From an uncultured virus (IMG/VR IMGVR_UViG_3300032116_000119) (taxonomy: Duplodnaviria; Heunggongvirae; Uroviricota; Caudoviricetes), in IMG/VR virus record IMGVR_UViG_3300032116_000119: a stretch of DNA of 20,000 nt; one strand, given 5' to 3'. Every line of letters starts with the position of its first letter. The first letter of the stretch is position 1. The notes under the pieces were generated by a model. It was given only the letters and a program-made list of their open reading frames with translations. It was not told the origin of the DNA and made no database searches. Shown piece after piece: positions 1-9,400 of this stretch. The translations under genes were made by a program, and so were the position numbers.

Positions 1-88
1 TATGAAAGAGGGAGAACAGGTAGAGGTAGAAATATTAACTGCTGGAAATATTTTTGATGATACAATATACTATGGGAGTAGCCAATGA
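1..88 (+). CDS. 3' end of an upstream phage protein (probably structural/tail), truncated by the window edge
   Basis: Open frame from position 2 reads MKEGEQVEVEILTAGNIFDDTIYYGSSQ* with TGA at 86-88, overlapping the next ATG (ATGA at 85-88). Not in the ORF track. Confidence 0.7.
   Translation, partial: MKEGEQVEVEILTAGNIFDDTIYYGSSQ
58..66 (+). promoter_or_regulatory. Extended -10 promoter element (TGaTACAAT) upstream of the gene at 85
   Basis: TGnTAnnnT match; GGGAG RBS-like sequence at 74-78; no canonical -35. Confidence 0.45.
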
Positions 89-1248
89 TAACTAATATAG
101 GAAAAAATCTTTTAGCAAAATACCTTGTTGGGCAGACGCCATCGTATGCGTCCCACATTGCAGTAGGCTGTGGATCCAAGCCAGTTGTTTCTGATTACAC
201 ATTTACATCTCAAGAATTAACAGATTTAAAAAATAAAGAATCTTTAGATTTTGAAATGTTTCGTTCTCCAATTATTTCAAGGGGCTTTGTAAATGAAAAT
301 GGACTATCAAAAGTTGTATTGACTGCAGAACTACCGACAGAAGAAAGATATGAGATTACTGAGGTAGGAATATTTTCTGCAGGATCAAACCCAGTTGCTG
401 GATCATTTGATAGCAGAGTTGTTTATTCATTTGCAGATACAGATAATTGGAAATACAATCCAGCAGGATTATCTCCAGTAGATATACCAATAAAATATAC
501 TCCATTAGATGGTGAAACTCAAAATGGAACAATCAACCAAACAGAAAAGGTATTTTTAACAAATGCTGATAATAGAATTTTCACACAAAGTGACAGAGTT
601 GCAAGAAACGAAAGATGTAGATTTTTAAATAATATAATTGCAATGGTAGGAAATACATCTACAATAACTATAGATTCTGATGGAGTTATGCAGGCAACCA
701 GTAATTCAAATTATATAAGGCTAGATGAAACTTCGGTTAATTTTACAAAAAATAGTCCAATGGATGAATTAAGGCTTGCATTTTCAATTGTTAGCAAGGT
801 TGCAAATTCTATTACTGTTCCAGATAATGTTAAAATTTTATTAGAGTTTTCACACACTGGGCCAAATTCAAGTCAGGAATATGCAAAATTTCAAGTTAAT
901 ATTGACGATGTATCATATACAGCAGGAACTGCAGAAAAAGAAAACAATTTTGCAAATAACAGATACATAGTATCAACTAAAACTTTTCAAGATTTAAAAA
1001 AGAGTGCCAACTTTAACTGGGCCGATGTTTCAACTGCAAAAATATATACATCCGTTATTAAAAATAATTTGCCATCTGATTCATTCTATGTTTGTTTAGA
1101 TGCTTTAAGAGTTGAAAATACAACGTCTACAAACTCTTTATATGGACTAACTGGATATTCTGTAATTAAAAATGTACAGGCTAGGCCAATTATTAAATCA
1201 GCAAATACAACAAACTATATAGAGTTTAGATTTGTTTTGGATGTTTAA
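85..1248 (+). CDS. Putative minor tail/baseplate (tail-collar-like) structural protein, 387 aa
   Basis: N-terminus ITNIGKNLLAKYL...IAVGCG and LTAELP...ITEVGIF resemble tail-fibre/baseplate attachment domains; the remainder is beta-rich and N/S/T-rich. Confidence 0.55.
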   Translation: MITNIGKNLLAKYLVGQTPSYASHIAVGCGSKPVVSDYTFTSQELTDLKNKESLDFEMFRSPIISRGFVNENGLSKVVLTAELPTEERYEITEVGIFSAGSNPVAGSFDSRVVYSFADTDNWKYNPAGLSPVDIPIKYTPLDGETQNGTINQTEKVFLTNADNRIFTQSDRVARNERCRFLNNIIAMVGNTSTITIDSDGVMQATSNSNYIRLDETSVNFTKNSPMDELRLAFSIVSKVANSITVPDNVKILLEFSHTGPNSSQEYAKFQVNIDDVSYTAGTAEKENNFANNRYIVSTKTFQDLKKSANFNWADVSTAKIYTSVIKNNLPSDSFYVCLDALRVENTTSTNSLYGLTGYSVIKNVQARPIIKSANTTNYIEFRFVLDV

Positions 1249-1250
1249 CT

Positions 1251-1688
1251 ATGAGCAAAACTCCAGATAAGGGAATAAAAAATGTTGTTATTAAAAGAGA
1301 CGCTCTTGGTAAGGTAACTAGCAAAAACTCTGTAGTTTTAAGATTTAGGATAGTATCAGAAGATAAAAATAGAAAATCTGCATATTCTCAAATATTTGTT
1401 GCTGAGTCTGGAGAGGTTTTTCTTGGTGTTGGAGATATAAATCTTCTTGGAAATACTATTATGGTCAACTGGTCTGCTGGAGAAATATCAACACAAATAG
1501 TGTATGACGTATTTGTTGGATTTGACTCTGCTACTCCAACATTTAAAATTTCCACTGGATCATCTAATTATTCATTTTTAAAAACTGGAACAACATCTGT
1601 TCGTGTAGTAGTTCAGGCATCATCCATTAATCCAGTGTTGAATAATGATTTAAAGATATATGATTCTGGAATAGTGAATCTGGTATAA
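1251..1688 (+). CDS. Hypothetical virion protein, beta-sandwich/FN3-like, 145 aa
   Basis: Starts 2 nt after the previous stop; beta-strand pattern with VNWS...YDVFV...YSF; structural-gene context. Confidence 0.5.
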   Translation: MSKTPDKGIKNVVIKRDALGKVTSKNSVVLRFRIVSEDKNRKSAYSQIFVAESGEVFLGVGDINLLGNTIMVNWSAGEISTQIVYDVFVGFDSATPTFKISTGSSNYSFLKTGTTSVRVVVQASSINPVLNNDLKIYDSGIVNLV

Positions 1689-1689
1689 T
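1681..1689 (+). promoter_or_regulatory. Extended -10 promoter TGgTATAAT; probable leaderless transcript for the gene at 1696
   Basis: Perfect TATAAT at 1684-1689 with TG at 1681-1682; ATG follows after 6 nt; no Shine-Dalgarno. Confidence 0.65.
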
Positions 1690-1695
1690 TATATT

Positions 1696-2139
1696 ATGGC
1701 AATTCTACCTTTACCCGAAAGAGGGCAGCCGTTAGACGTAACATATCTTTATCAGATAGTTAAGGCTCTTAATGAACTTTCTACCCAGGCATCAACATCA
1801 ATATATAAGTATGTTACAGTAGACACGCCAAATGCTGGTAAGCAGAGTGTCAAAACATCAGAAGCAAGAATTATCGGTGGATATGTTCAAGTAACATCTG
1901 GATCAACTCAAACTGCAGGATCCTCACAATCATTTTCATATAGTCTACCTAGCGAATTTAAGTTTCCTCCAGTTGTTACAGCAACACCAATCAATATTGG
2001 AAATACTGATGCTGGAAAAGATGTTACAGTTACTTTATTAAGTATTTCAACTTCAAAAATTGAAGGCACTGTAAAGTTTAATGTTGGTGGAGATACTACT
2101 GTAGGTGTTAATCTATTGATAGTAGGAATACCCAACTAA
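1696..2139 (+). CDS. Putative small tail/fibre-tip structural protein, 147 aa
   Basis: S/T/G/V-rich beta protein with an FKFPPVVTAT segment of the kind seen in H-type-lectin/gp53-like tail-fibre C-termini. Confidence 0.5.
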   Translation: MAILPLPERGQPLDVTYLYQIVKALNELSTQASTSIYKYVTVDTPNAGKQSVKTSEARIIGGYVQVTSGSTQTAGSSQSFSYSLPSEFKFPPVVTATPINIGNTDAGKDVTVTLLSISTSKIEGTVKFNVGGDTTVGVNLLIVGIPN

Positions 2140-2330
2140 TGATTTTTTGTAAAAAATGTAAGGGAAGAATGTTTGTTGATAGGCAGTATTCACAAATAAA
2201 TAATCTTGAAATATATTGTATGTCTTGTGGATCAAGAACATTTTTTCATCCACCAAGCAATTCACAGGAGGGTTTGTGGCTGTTAAAAAGGGAACAATTG
2301 AGAGCGAAGGCTACAATGTCCTCCCTGTAA
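2139..2330 (+). CDS. Small Zn-ribbon protein, 63 aa
   Basis: CKKC...CMSC pairs; TAATG stop/start coupling with the upstream gene. Confidence 0.75.
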   Translation: MIFCKKCKGRMFVDRQYSQINNLEIYCMSCGSRTFFHPPSNSQEGLWLLKREQLRAKATMSSL

Positions 2331-2818
2331 TTTCGGGGAATAAAAAAGTCTGGTTCTTAAATGGTGATCTTGTTAGAATTCATCATTTAAATAAATCTAA
2401 TGGAATAATGTCTGTTTATAATATTAATAAAGATAGAATTGAAAGTTGTTTAATTAGTGATTTTAAAAAGAATAGAGAACGAGCATACACAGTTGGCGAG
2501 ACTGCTAATTTAGTTAATCGTCATAAAAAGTATATGCCATCGCTTATGCGTAGAGGTATTATTCCATTTCCAAAAGGTTCTCAGAAGGGTGGAGAGCGAG
2601 GTTTCAGGGTTAGATCATATTATTCAGAATCGCAAGTAAAAGAGATTCGTGATATACTGGCTACATACCATATTGGCAGACCAAGAAAAGATGGATTAAT
2701 AACAAATGATATTACGCCCAGCAAGCAAGAGTTGACAAGAAGAATGGGCGATGGTATACTTACATATACGAAAACAGAAGATGGGCGATTTATTCCTGTG
2801 TGGAGTGAATCTATTTAG
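2276..2818 (+). CDS. MerR/excisionase-like HTH DNA-binding protein (about 180 aa, GTG start)
   Basis: AGGAGG at 2266-2271 precedes an in-frame GTG at 2276; YTVGETANLVNRHKKYMPSLMRRGIIP...RSYYSESQV is a MerR-type winged HTH pattern. Confidence 0.65.
   Translation: MAVKKGTIESEGYNVLPVISGNKKVWFLNGDLVRIHHLNKSNGIMSVYNINKDRIESCLISDFKKNRERAYTVGETANLVNRHKKYMPSLMRRGIIPFPKGSQKGGERGFRVRSYYSESQVKEIRDILATYHIGRPRKDGLITNDITPSKQELTRRMGDGILTYTKTEDGRFIPVWSESI
2732..2760 (+). promoter_or_regulatory. Consensus sigma-A promoter TTGACA-N17-TATACT with extended TG, upstream of the replication genes
   Basis: TTGACA 2732-2737, TG 2752-2753, TATACT 2755-2760; lies inside the 3' end of the HTH gene. Confidence 0.75.
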
Positions 2819-2832
2819 CGAAGGGTATAAGA

Positions 2833-3042
2833 ATGGAAAATGAAGCAACAAAGGTATCTGTAACACTTGGATACACATTAAATCTAGGCAACTTTCAATC
2901 ACTAAGACTAGATCTTGGTGTAACCGATTCAAAGCGAGATGGCGAAAACACAGATCAAGCATTTGAGCGTGTTTATAAGTTTGTTGAAGATAAACTTACA
3001 GCAAAGATTTTAGAAGCACAGACTGAAGCCGAAGCGAAATAA
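2833..3042 (+). CDS. Small hypothetical phage protein, 69 aa
   Basis: Clean ORF with AAGGG RBS-like sequence; beta-hairpin (VSVTLGYTLNLGNFQSLRLDLG) plus C-terminal helix; coupled to the next gene. Confidence 0.75.
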   Translation: MENEATKVSVTLGYTLNLGNFQSLRLDLGVTDSKRDGENTDQAFERVYKFVEDKLTAKILEAQTEAEAK

Positions 3043-3350
3043 TGGCAGAACGCAAAGACCGTATGGCTTTGCTTAGTCGTTATAGTAAACTGCATACTCA
3101 GCGATATGAGCAGAAGCCATCTCTCAATCTTAACGTAGAGCAATGGGCTGCAGATGCATTGGTTGAGTCTTACGGCATTTCAGTATGCTATGAATTATTA
3201 GATTTTTATTTTCAAGTTTCCAGCAGTCCATCGTGGAACACATTTGCTTACAAGGCTCAGGCTTTACTTGATAGCAAAAATGAAATAAAAAGAGATATGG
3301 ACGAAAGAGCAAGTCGTAGACAAAAGGCTAGGGAGTGGCTAAGTGAATAA
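3042..3350 (+). CDS. Hypothetical helical protein immediately upstream of the helicase (possible loader/initiator), 102 aa
   Basis: Overlaps both neighbours; the function is inferred from position only. Confidence 0.65.
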   Translation: MAERKDRMALLSRYSKLHTQRYEQKPSLNLNVEQWAADALVESYGISVCYELLDFYFQVSSSPSWNTFAYKAQALLDSKNEIKRDMDERASRRQKAREWLSE

Positions 3351-4563
3351 TACAGAGTCAAAATTAATAACTGCTGTATTACAAGATAAACAAATCCATG
3401 TTCTCTTGCAGGCAAATGTTGAAAATCTTTTAAGAACCCACGGAGATATTTGGAATTTCATAAGGTTGTATTTTGAGAACAACTCTTCCTTGCCACCAAG
3501 CGATTTAGTTAGAGAAAAGTTTAGAGACTTTGATCCAGTTCCAGGCGTTGGAGCAACAAAGCATCACCTTGAAGAATTACAAGGTGAATATTTAAGGGAT
3601 AGTCTAAAAGATATTCTTAGGTCTGCTGCCACTGATGTTCAACAGGGTGAAGGTAACAAGGCATTAGAAAACTTGATTACTAAAACATCAGAATTAAAAA
3701 AGAATACTGCTGCTATTAGAGATATTGATGTAACAGACCTAGAGTCTGCCATTGCATATTTTGAAAATGTAAAGAAGCAACAAGAACTTGGTCATATTGG
3801 AATCAAGACTGGTCTTCCAGGGTTTGACAACTACTTACCTTCTGGAATCATGCCAGGGCAGTTGGGAGTGTTCCTTGCATATCCAGGTATTGGAAAGTCG
3901 TGGTTGGCTCTCTATTTCGCTGTACAGGCCTGGAAACAGGGTCGTAGCCCACTAGTCATAAGTCTTGAAATGAGCGAGACAGAAGTTCGCAATCGTGTGT
4001 TTACTATTATGGGTGAGGGCCGCTGGTCCCATAGAAAACTTAGCAATGGAGAAATTGAACTGGAGATGCTAAAAGATTGGCATGGCAAAAATCTACAAGG
4101 CAAGCCAGAGTTTCATATTATTTCAAACGATCAGGGTGGAGAGATTAACCCATCTGTCCTTCGTGGAAAGATAGACCAGTATAAGCCAGACTTTGTAATT
4201 GTTGACTATCTACAGTTAATGTCTCCAAACCAAAAGTCTGAAAATGAGACGGTACGAATGAAAAACTTATCTCGTGAACTTAAACTTATGGCTATTGGTG
4301 AAGAGGTTCCTATTATTGCTATTTCATCTGCTACCCCCGATGATGTGAGTGATTTATCAACTGTCCCAACACTTGGTCAAACAGCATGGTCAAGGCAGAT
4401 TGCATACGATGCTGACTGGGTTCTGGCCCTGGGTCGTGGTACTAATAGTGATATTATTGAGTGTGCCTTTAGAAAGAACCGAAATGGATTTATGGGCGAT
4501 TTTCTAGTACAGTGTGATTTTGATAAGGGGTATTATAGGTATAAAGACTTTGAAGATAAGTAG
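3343..4563 (+). CDS. dnaB: DnaB-like replicative helicase (SF4), 406 aa
   Basis: GIKTGLPGFD, Walker A AYPGIGKS, ISLEMS, Walker B VIVDYLQLM, SRELKLMA, DADWV, KNRNG arginine finger. Confidence 0.93.
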   Translation: MNNTESKLITAVLQDKQIHVLLQANVENLLRTHGDIWNFIRLYFENNSSLPPSDLVREKFRDFDPVPGVGATKHHLEELQGEYLRDSLKDILRSAATDVQQGEGNKALENLITKTSELKKNTAAIRDIDVTDLESAIAYFENVKKQQELGHIGIKTGLPGFDNYLPSGIMPGQLGVFLAYPGIGKSWLALYFAVQAWKQGRSPLVISLEMSETEVRNRVFTIMGEGRWSHRKLSNGEIELEMLKDWHGKNLQGKPEFHIISNDQGGEINPSVLRGKIDQYKPDFVIVDYLQLMSPNQKSENETVRMKNLSRELKLMAIGEEVPIIAISSATPDDVSDLSTVPTLGQTAWSRQIAYDADWVLALGRGTNSDIIECAFRKNRNGFMGDFLVQCDFDKGYYRYKDFEDK

Positions 4564-4570
4564 GTATAAT
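4562..4570 (+). promoter_or_regulatory. -10 element (aggTATAAT); possible leaderless start for the gene at 4576
   Basis: TATAAT 4565-4570 in the short intergenic gap; ATG after 5 nt; no SD. Confidence 0.5.
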
Positions 4571-4575
4571 ATGGT

Positions 4576-4929
4576 ATGTCAAAAAATAGGGAGAATATTC
4601 CACCAGATTTCTACCATCATAAGCCTTTAAGGAAGTTTTTTATTGATGGTGTTATTCAGGATGAGGCTCTTTTAGGAAGATTAAAAATTGAATATATAAG
4701 ATTGCTAGTCTCAGAAATGAGACTGTGTGGGTATGTACCAAGGTTTGATATTGACCCAGACTTCACAATAAGGTATAATGAGATAAAAGGGTTTTTTGAA
4801 TTTGAATTATCTATACACGGAGTTTACGCAGGGAAAAGGAAGAGCGAATGGATAGCAGGGGTAGACGGAACCAATCCAATTCCTATACAGCAGAACAGGT
4901 CAAGCGAGTCCTTGCAGGGTCGGGCGTAA
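4576..4929 (+). CDS. Hypothetical protein between helicase and primase, 117 aa
   Basis: Fills the gap between helicase and primase; its C-terminus overlaps the primase ORF by 82 nt. Confidence 0.7.
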   Translation: MSKNRENIPPDFYHHKPLRKFFIDGVIQDEALLGRLKIEYIRLLVSEMRLCGYVPRFDIDPDFTIRYNEIKGFFEFELSIHGVYAGKRKSEWIAGVDGTNPIPIQQNRSSESLQGRA

Positions 4930-5792
4930 GCGTAGAGTCTGAACTAGATGCTGACTTTATAATATTTTGTCCGTTTCATAATAATCACAGAACGCCAGCA
5001 GGAGAAGTTCAAAAAAATAGTGGAATGTTCTTTTGTTTTTCTTGTCAAAAATCTGCAGATCTTACAGAATTAGTAATGCACACTTCTGGCAGAACATATT
5101 TTGAGGCAGCAAGATTTATAAAAAGTAAAGAGAAGGTTAGCAATCTTGCAATAGAAATTGATCGTGCATTGGTTGATGAAGAAAAATATAAGCCGTTTGA
5201 TGAGTTGATAATTAAACGTTTACATAATAATCTTGTTTCTTCAGATAGGCCTAAAAACTATTTTACATATCGTAAAATAACACAGAACTCTTGGATTAAA
5301 TTCTCTTTAGGATATTCAGAAAAACAAGACATGGTAATTGTTCCAATTCATAGTCCAGATGGAGTCTTATTGGGATTTGTTGGAAGATCTGTTGAAGGAA
5401 AAGATTTTAAGAATACGCCAGGACTACCAAAAAGCAAAACCCTTTTTAATTTGCATCGTGTAAAGAAGTCTGATAAAGTATATATAGTTGAGTCTTCTTT
5501 TGACGCTATAAGACTAGACCAACTAGGAATTCCTGCAGTCGCAACCTTGGGAGCGAATGTATCGAATAAACAAATAGAATTGCTTCAAAAATATTTTAAT
5601 AACATTATTGTTATTGCAGATAATGATGAAGCAGGAGGAAACATGAAAGACAGAATAGTTGAAAGACTTGGTTCTCGTGTTTCTGTTATTAAAATAAATA
5701 AACAATATAAAGACATAGGTGATATGCCAGACGAAGAGATTCAAAGTTTAGGATTTTCGTTTGACAAAAGCATAGAGTCTATGCTAAACTAA
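4848..5792 (+). CDS. dnaG: DNA primase (CHC2 Zn finger + TOPRIM), 314 aa
   Basis: CPFH...CFSC zinc-binding domain; GFVGR; TOPRIM IVESSFDA and DNDEAG; KDIGD. Confidence 0.92.
   Translation: MDSRGRRNQSNSYTAEQVKRVLAGSGVSVESELDADFIIFCPFHNNHRTPAGEVQKNSGMFFCFSCQKSADLTELVMHTSGRTYFEAARFIKSKEKVSNLAIEIDRALVDEEKYKPFDELIIKRLHNNLVSSDRPKNYFTYRKITQNSWIKFSLGYSEKQDMVIVPIHSPDGVLLGFVGRSVEGKDFKNTPGLPKSKTLFNLHRVKKSDKVYIVESSFDAIRLDQLGIPAVATLGANVSNKQIELLQKYFNNIIVIADNDEAGGNMKDRIVERLGSRVSVIKINKQYKDIGDMPDEEIQSLGFSFDKSIESMLN
5761..5790 (+). promoter_or_regulatory. Sigma-A promoter TTGACA-N18-TAAACT (extended TG) for the ssb-dnaE-recA region
   Basis: TTGACA 5761-5766, TG 5782-5783, TAAACT 5785-5790; strong RBS AAGGAG 5803-5808 before ATG 5814. 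Confidence 0.7.
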
Positions 5793-5813
5793 TACAAACA
5801 CAAAGGAGAAAAT

Positions 5814-6470
5814 ATGAGCATTGTAAAGGGAATCAAAAACATTAATGCCCTGCTCGACAGACCAAAGTACGAAAATGATGGACCAAAGGTAAAGTGGCTA
5901 AAACTTGCAGATGGACAGTCTGTAAAAATTCGCTTTATTGAAGAATTAGATGAAGATTCTGCAAACTATAGTGATAAGCGTGGACTAGCACTTGTTGTTA
6001 AGGAACATGTTAATCCAAAAGACTACAAGCGCAAGGCTGTAGACACTATGGAATCAGAAGGCCGTGACTGGGCAGAAGAAATGCATCGCAAAGATCCAAA
6101 GGCTGGATGGCGTGGCCGTCTTCGCTTTTATTGTAACGTCCTAGTAGACGATGGTATTGAAGCACCATATGTTGCTATCTGGTCAATGGGTATCAGCAAG
6201 CAATCATCATTTAACACAATTCGTGAGTATGCTCTTGAAACAGGAAGCATCTCAAATGTAGTATGGAAGTTAAAGCGTAATGGCCAGGGAACTGAAACTA
6301 ATTACACACTAATTCCATCAGCACCAGATAAGGAGCCATTCGATTGGAAAGATGTTGAACCTTATCCATTGGAGTCAGCATTAAAGAAAATTCCATATGC
6401 GGAACAAGAAGCGTTCTACCTGGGCTTTGACAGCCCATCCGTAACATCGTCTACCAACACTGATTGGTAA
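5814..6470 (+). CDS. ssb: Single-stranded DNA-binding protein (T4 gp32-like fold), 218 aa
   Basis: KWLKLADGQSVKIRF, RFYCNVLV, WKLKRNGQGTETNYTLIP; C-terminal tail ending in DW; located between primase and polymerase; strong RBS. Confidence 0.75.
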   Translation: MSIVKGIKNINALLDRPKYENDGPKVKWLKLADGQSVKIRFIEELDEDSANYSDKRGLALVVKEHVNPKDYKRKAVDTMESEGRDWAEEMHRKDPKAGWRGRLRFYCNVLVDDGIEAPYVAIWSMGISKQSSFNTIREYALETGSISNVVWKLKRNGQGTETNYTLIPSAPDKEPFDWKDVEPYPLESALKKIPYAEQEAFYLGFDSPSVTSSTNTDW

Positions 6471-6471
6471 G

Positions 6472-9400
6472 ATGAACTACGTAGGCTTACATGTCCATAC
6501 CCATTTTAGTCTTTTTGATGGGATTGCTACTCCAGAAGAATTAGTAAACCGAGCAGTTGAACTTGGTATGCCAGCATTGGCTATCACGGATCACGGAACA
6601 TTATCTGGGCATAGAGAACTGTATCGAGTTGCAAAAGCAAAGGGCATTAAGCCAATTCTTGGTCTAGAAGGATACATGTGTGCAGACATATCTGATAAAA
6701 GAGATAAGTCTGAAAGGCAGGGTCAGCAAGATCTTGTTTATAACCATATTATCCTTCTAGCCAAGAATAAAATAGGTCTAGAAAACTTAAACAAAATTAG
6801 CGAATTAGCATGGACAGATGGCTTTTTTAAAAAGCCAAGATTTGATTTTAAGGTATTAGAAAAATATAAAGAAGGCATTATAGTTTCATCTGCATGTCCA
6901 AGTAGCGTTTTAGTAAAAGCATTAGAAGAAGAAGAGTTTGCCCTCGCTAAGAAGTACATAACATGGTTTAAGGATCAGTTTGGCAGTGATTATTATATTG
7001 AAGTAATGCCACACAATGAAGCACATATAAACAAATATCTACTTGATTTGGCCGATGAGTTTAATATTAAGGCTATCGTGACTCCAGACTGTCATCATTC
7101 ACACCCAGGACAAAAAGAAATTCAAGAGTTTAAACTTATCATGAATACTCACGCAAAGGTTTCAAAGGATGTTTCTTATGCGAAGTCAGCAAAGTGTTCA
7201 GACATGATGGATAGGCTGGATTTATTATATGGTAAAGACAGAGAGATAACATTTAACAAGTTTGATATACATTTGTTGTCTTATGAAGAAATGAAAACAG
7301 CCATGAAATCTCAGGGTATAGATAGAGAAGATATATACTCAAATACAATAGAATTGGCAGACACAGTAGAAGATTACGGCATACAAGAAGGTTTGAATCT
7401 TTTGCCAGTGCAATATAAAAGTCCTGATAAAGAACTTGCAAGAGTAGCACTTGAAGGTTTGCAGCAAAGAGGTTTGGCAGATAATAAGATCTATATTGAT
7501 AGACTTAATGAAGAACTTGATATTATTAAAGACAAAAAATTTGCTCCATACTTTTTGGTTGTTAGCAATATGATTAACTGGGCAAAGAAAGAAGACATTC
7601 TAGTTGGTCCAGGTAGAGGTTCTTCTGCTGGATCCTTGGTTTGCTATGCACTAAAAATTACTGACATTGATCCAATAGAACATAATCTTTTGTTCTTCCG
7701 TTTTATTAATCCTGAGCGTAACGATTTTCCAGATATTGATACAGATATTCAAGATACTCGTCGTGAAGAAGTAAAAGATTATCTTGTAAGACAATACAGG
7801 CATGTTGCTTCTATTGCTACATTTTTACAGTTTACTGGAAAAGGAATAGTAAGAGATGTTGCTAGAGTTTTAAATATACCGTTGTCAGATGTAAACAAAG
7901 TATTAAAAACTGTTGATTCTTGGGATGATTACTGTACATCAAAATCAACATTAGAGTTCCGTGAAAAGTATCCAGAAGTGGAGATATATGGAGAGCAACT
8001 TCGAGGTCGTATTAGGGGCACTGGCATTCATGCTGCTGGTGTGGTTACTAGTAAGGATCCAATCTTTAGGTATGCGCCATTGGAGACTCGCTCTTCTACT
8101 GGATCTGATGATCGCATTCCAGTGGTTGGTGTTGACATGGAAGAGGCAGAAAAAATTGGCCTTATTAAAATTGATGCATTAGGTCTTAAAACATTGTCTG
8201 TTTTAAAAGATACGATTGATATTATTAAAGATAGACATGGCAAAAAAATAGACCTTCTTAAAATAAAAATGGATGATGCTAATGTTTATCAAATGCTATC
8301 TGATGGCTATACAAAGGGCGTGTTCCAGTGTGAAGCAGCCCCATATACAAATCTTTTAGTTAAGATGGGTGTAAAAAATCTATCAGAACTTGCTGCATCT
8401 AATGCTCTTGTGCGTCCAGGCGCTATGAATACAATTGGAAAAGATTATGTTGATCGCAAACATGGAAGACAAAATATATCCTATATTCATCAAATATTAA
8501 AAGAGTTTACGGAAGATACATATGGTTGTATTCTTTACCAGGAACAAGTCATGCAAGCATGCGTACACCTTGGTGGTATGTCAATGTCAGAAGCAGACAA
8601 GGTTCGTAAAATCATCGGCAAGAAAAAAGACGCTAAAGAATTTGATCAGTTTAAAGAAAAGTTCGTAGAAGGTGCATCCCAATATATTACTCCACACGCT
8701 GCCTTGGACTTATGGCATGACTTTGAGGCTCATGCAGGATATTCATTTAATAAGTCTCACGCAGTAGCATATTCAACATTATCATATTGGACTGCATGGT
8801 TAAAGTACTATTACCCACTTGAATTTATGTACTCAGTGCTTAAAAATGAAGGGGATAAAGATGCGAGAACTGAATATCTTATTGAAGCGAAAAGAATGGG
8901 TATTAGCGTTAAACTACCTCACATTAATGATTCGGATATTGATTTTAAAATTGAGGGTAAGGGTATTCGGTTCGGACTCACGGCAATCAAATTTATCTCT
9001 GATAAGATTGCAGAACGATATATACAGGCACGACCTTTTAACTCTTATGCAGAACTTGAAGCGTTCACATTTACTAAGGGAAATGGTGTAAACAGTAGAG
9101 CACTACAGGCACTAAGGGCTATTGGCGCAGCAACATTTCCAGATAATCCTAGAAATGATCAAGAGATTAAAGAAAATTTGTATGAATACCTAAACCTTCC
9201 AGAGTTCAATATCACAATTCCTTCTCACTATTATGCCTTTATTCAAGACATTATAGATTTTGAAGAAAAGGGTTCATACATTTTTATGGGTATGGTAAAA
9301 TCTATTAAAAGGGGAACAGGATGGTCACGAGTTGAAATTTTGGATAAGACTGGGTCTGTCGGTATATTTGATGATGAAAATACGACTATTGAGACTGGTC

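Noticed and set aside
42..1671. CTGGAA 12-13 nt upstream of the -10 boxes at 61 and 1684 as a phage-specific promoter element
   Set aside because: Only two instances, unequal spacing, and absent from the other -10-only promoters; could be chance.
2216..2275. ORF-track TTG start at 2216 for the HTH protein
   Set aside because: No SD and a longer overlap with the Zn-ribbon gene; GTG 2276 has AGGAGG upstream.
2821..2832. GGGTATAAG as a -10 promoter
   Set aside because: Lacks the conserved final T and lies only 1 nt from the ATG; better explained as the RBS region.
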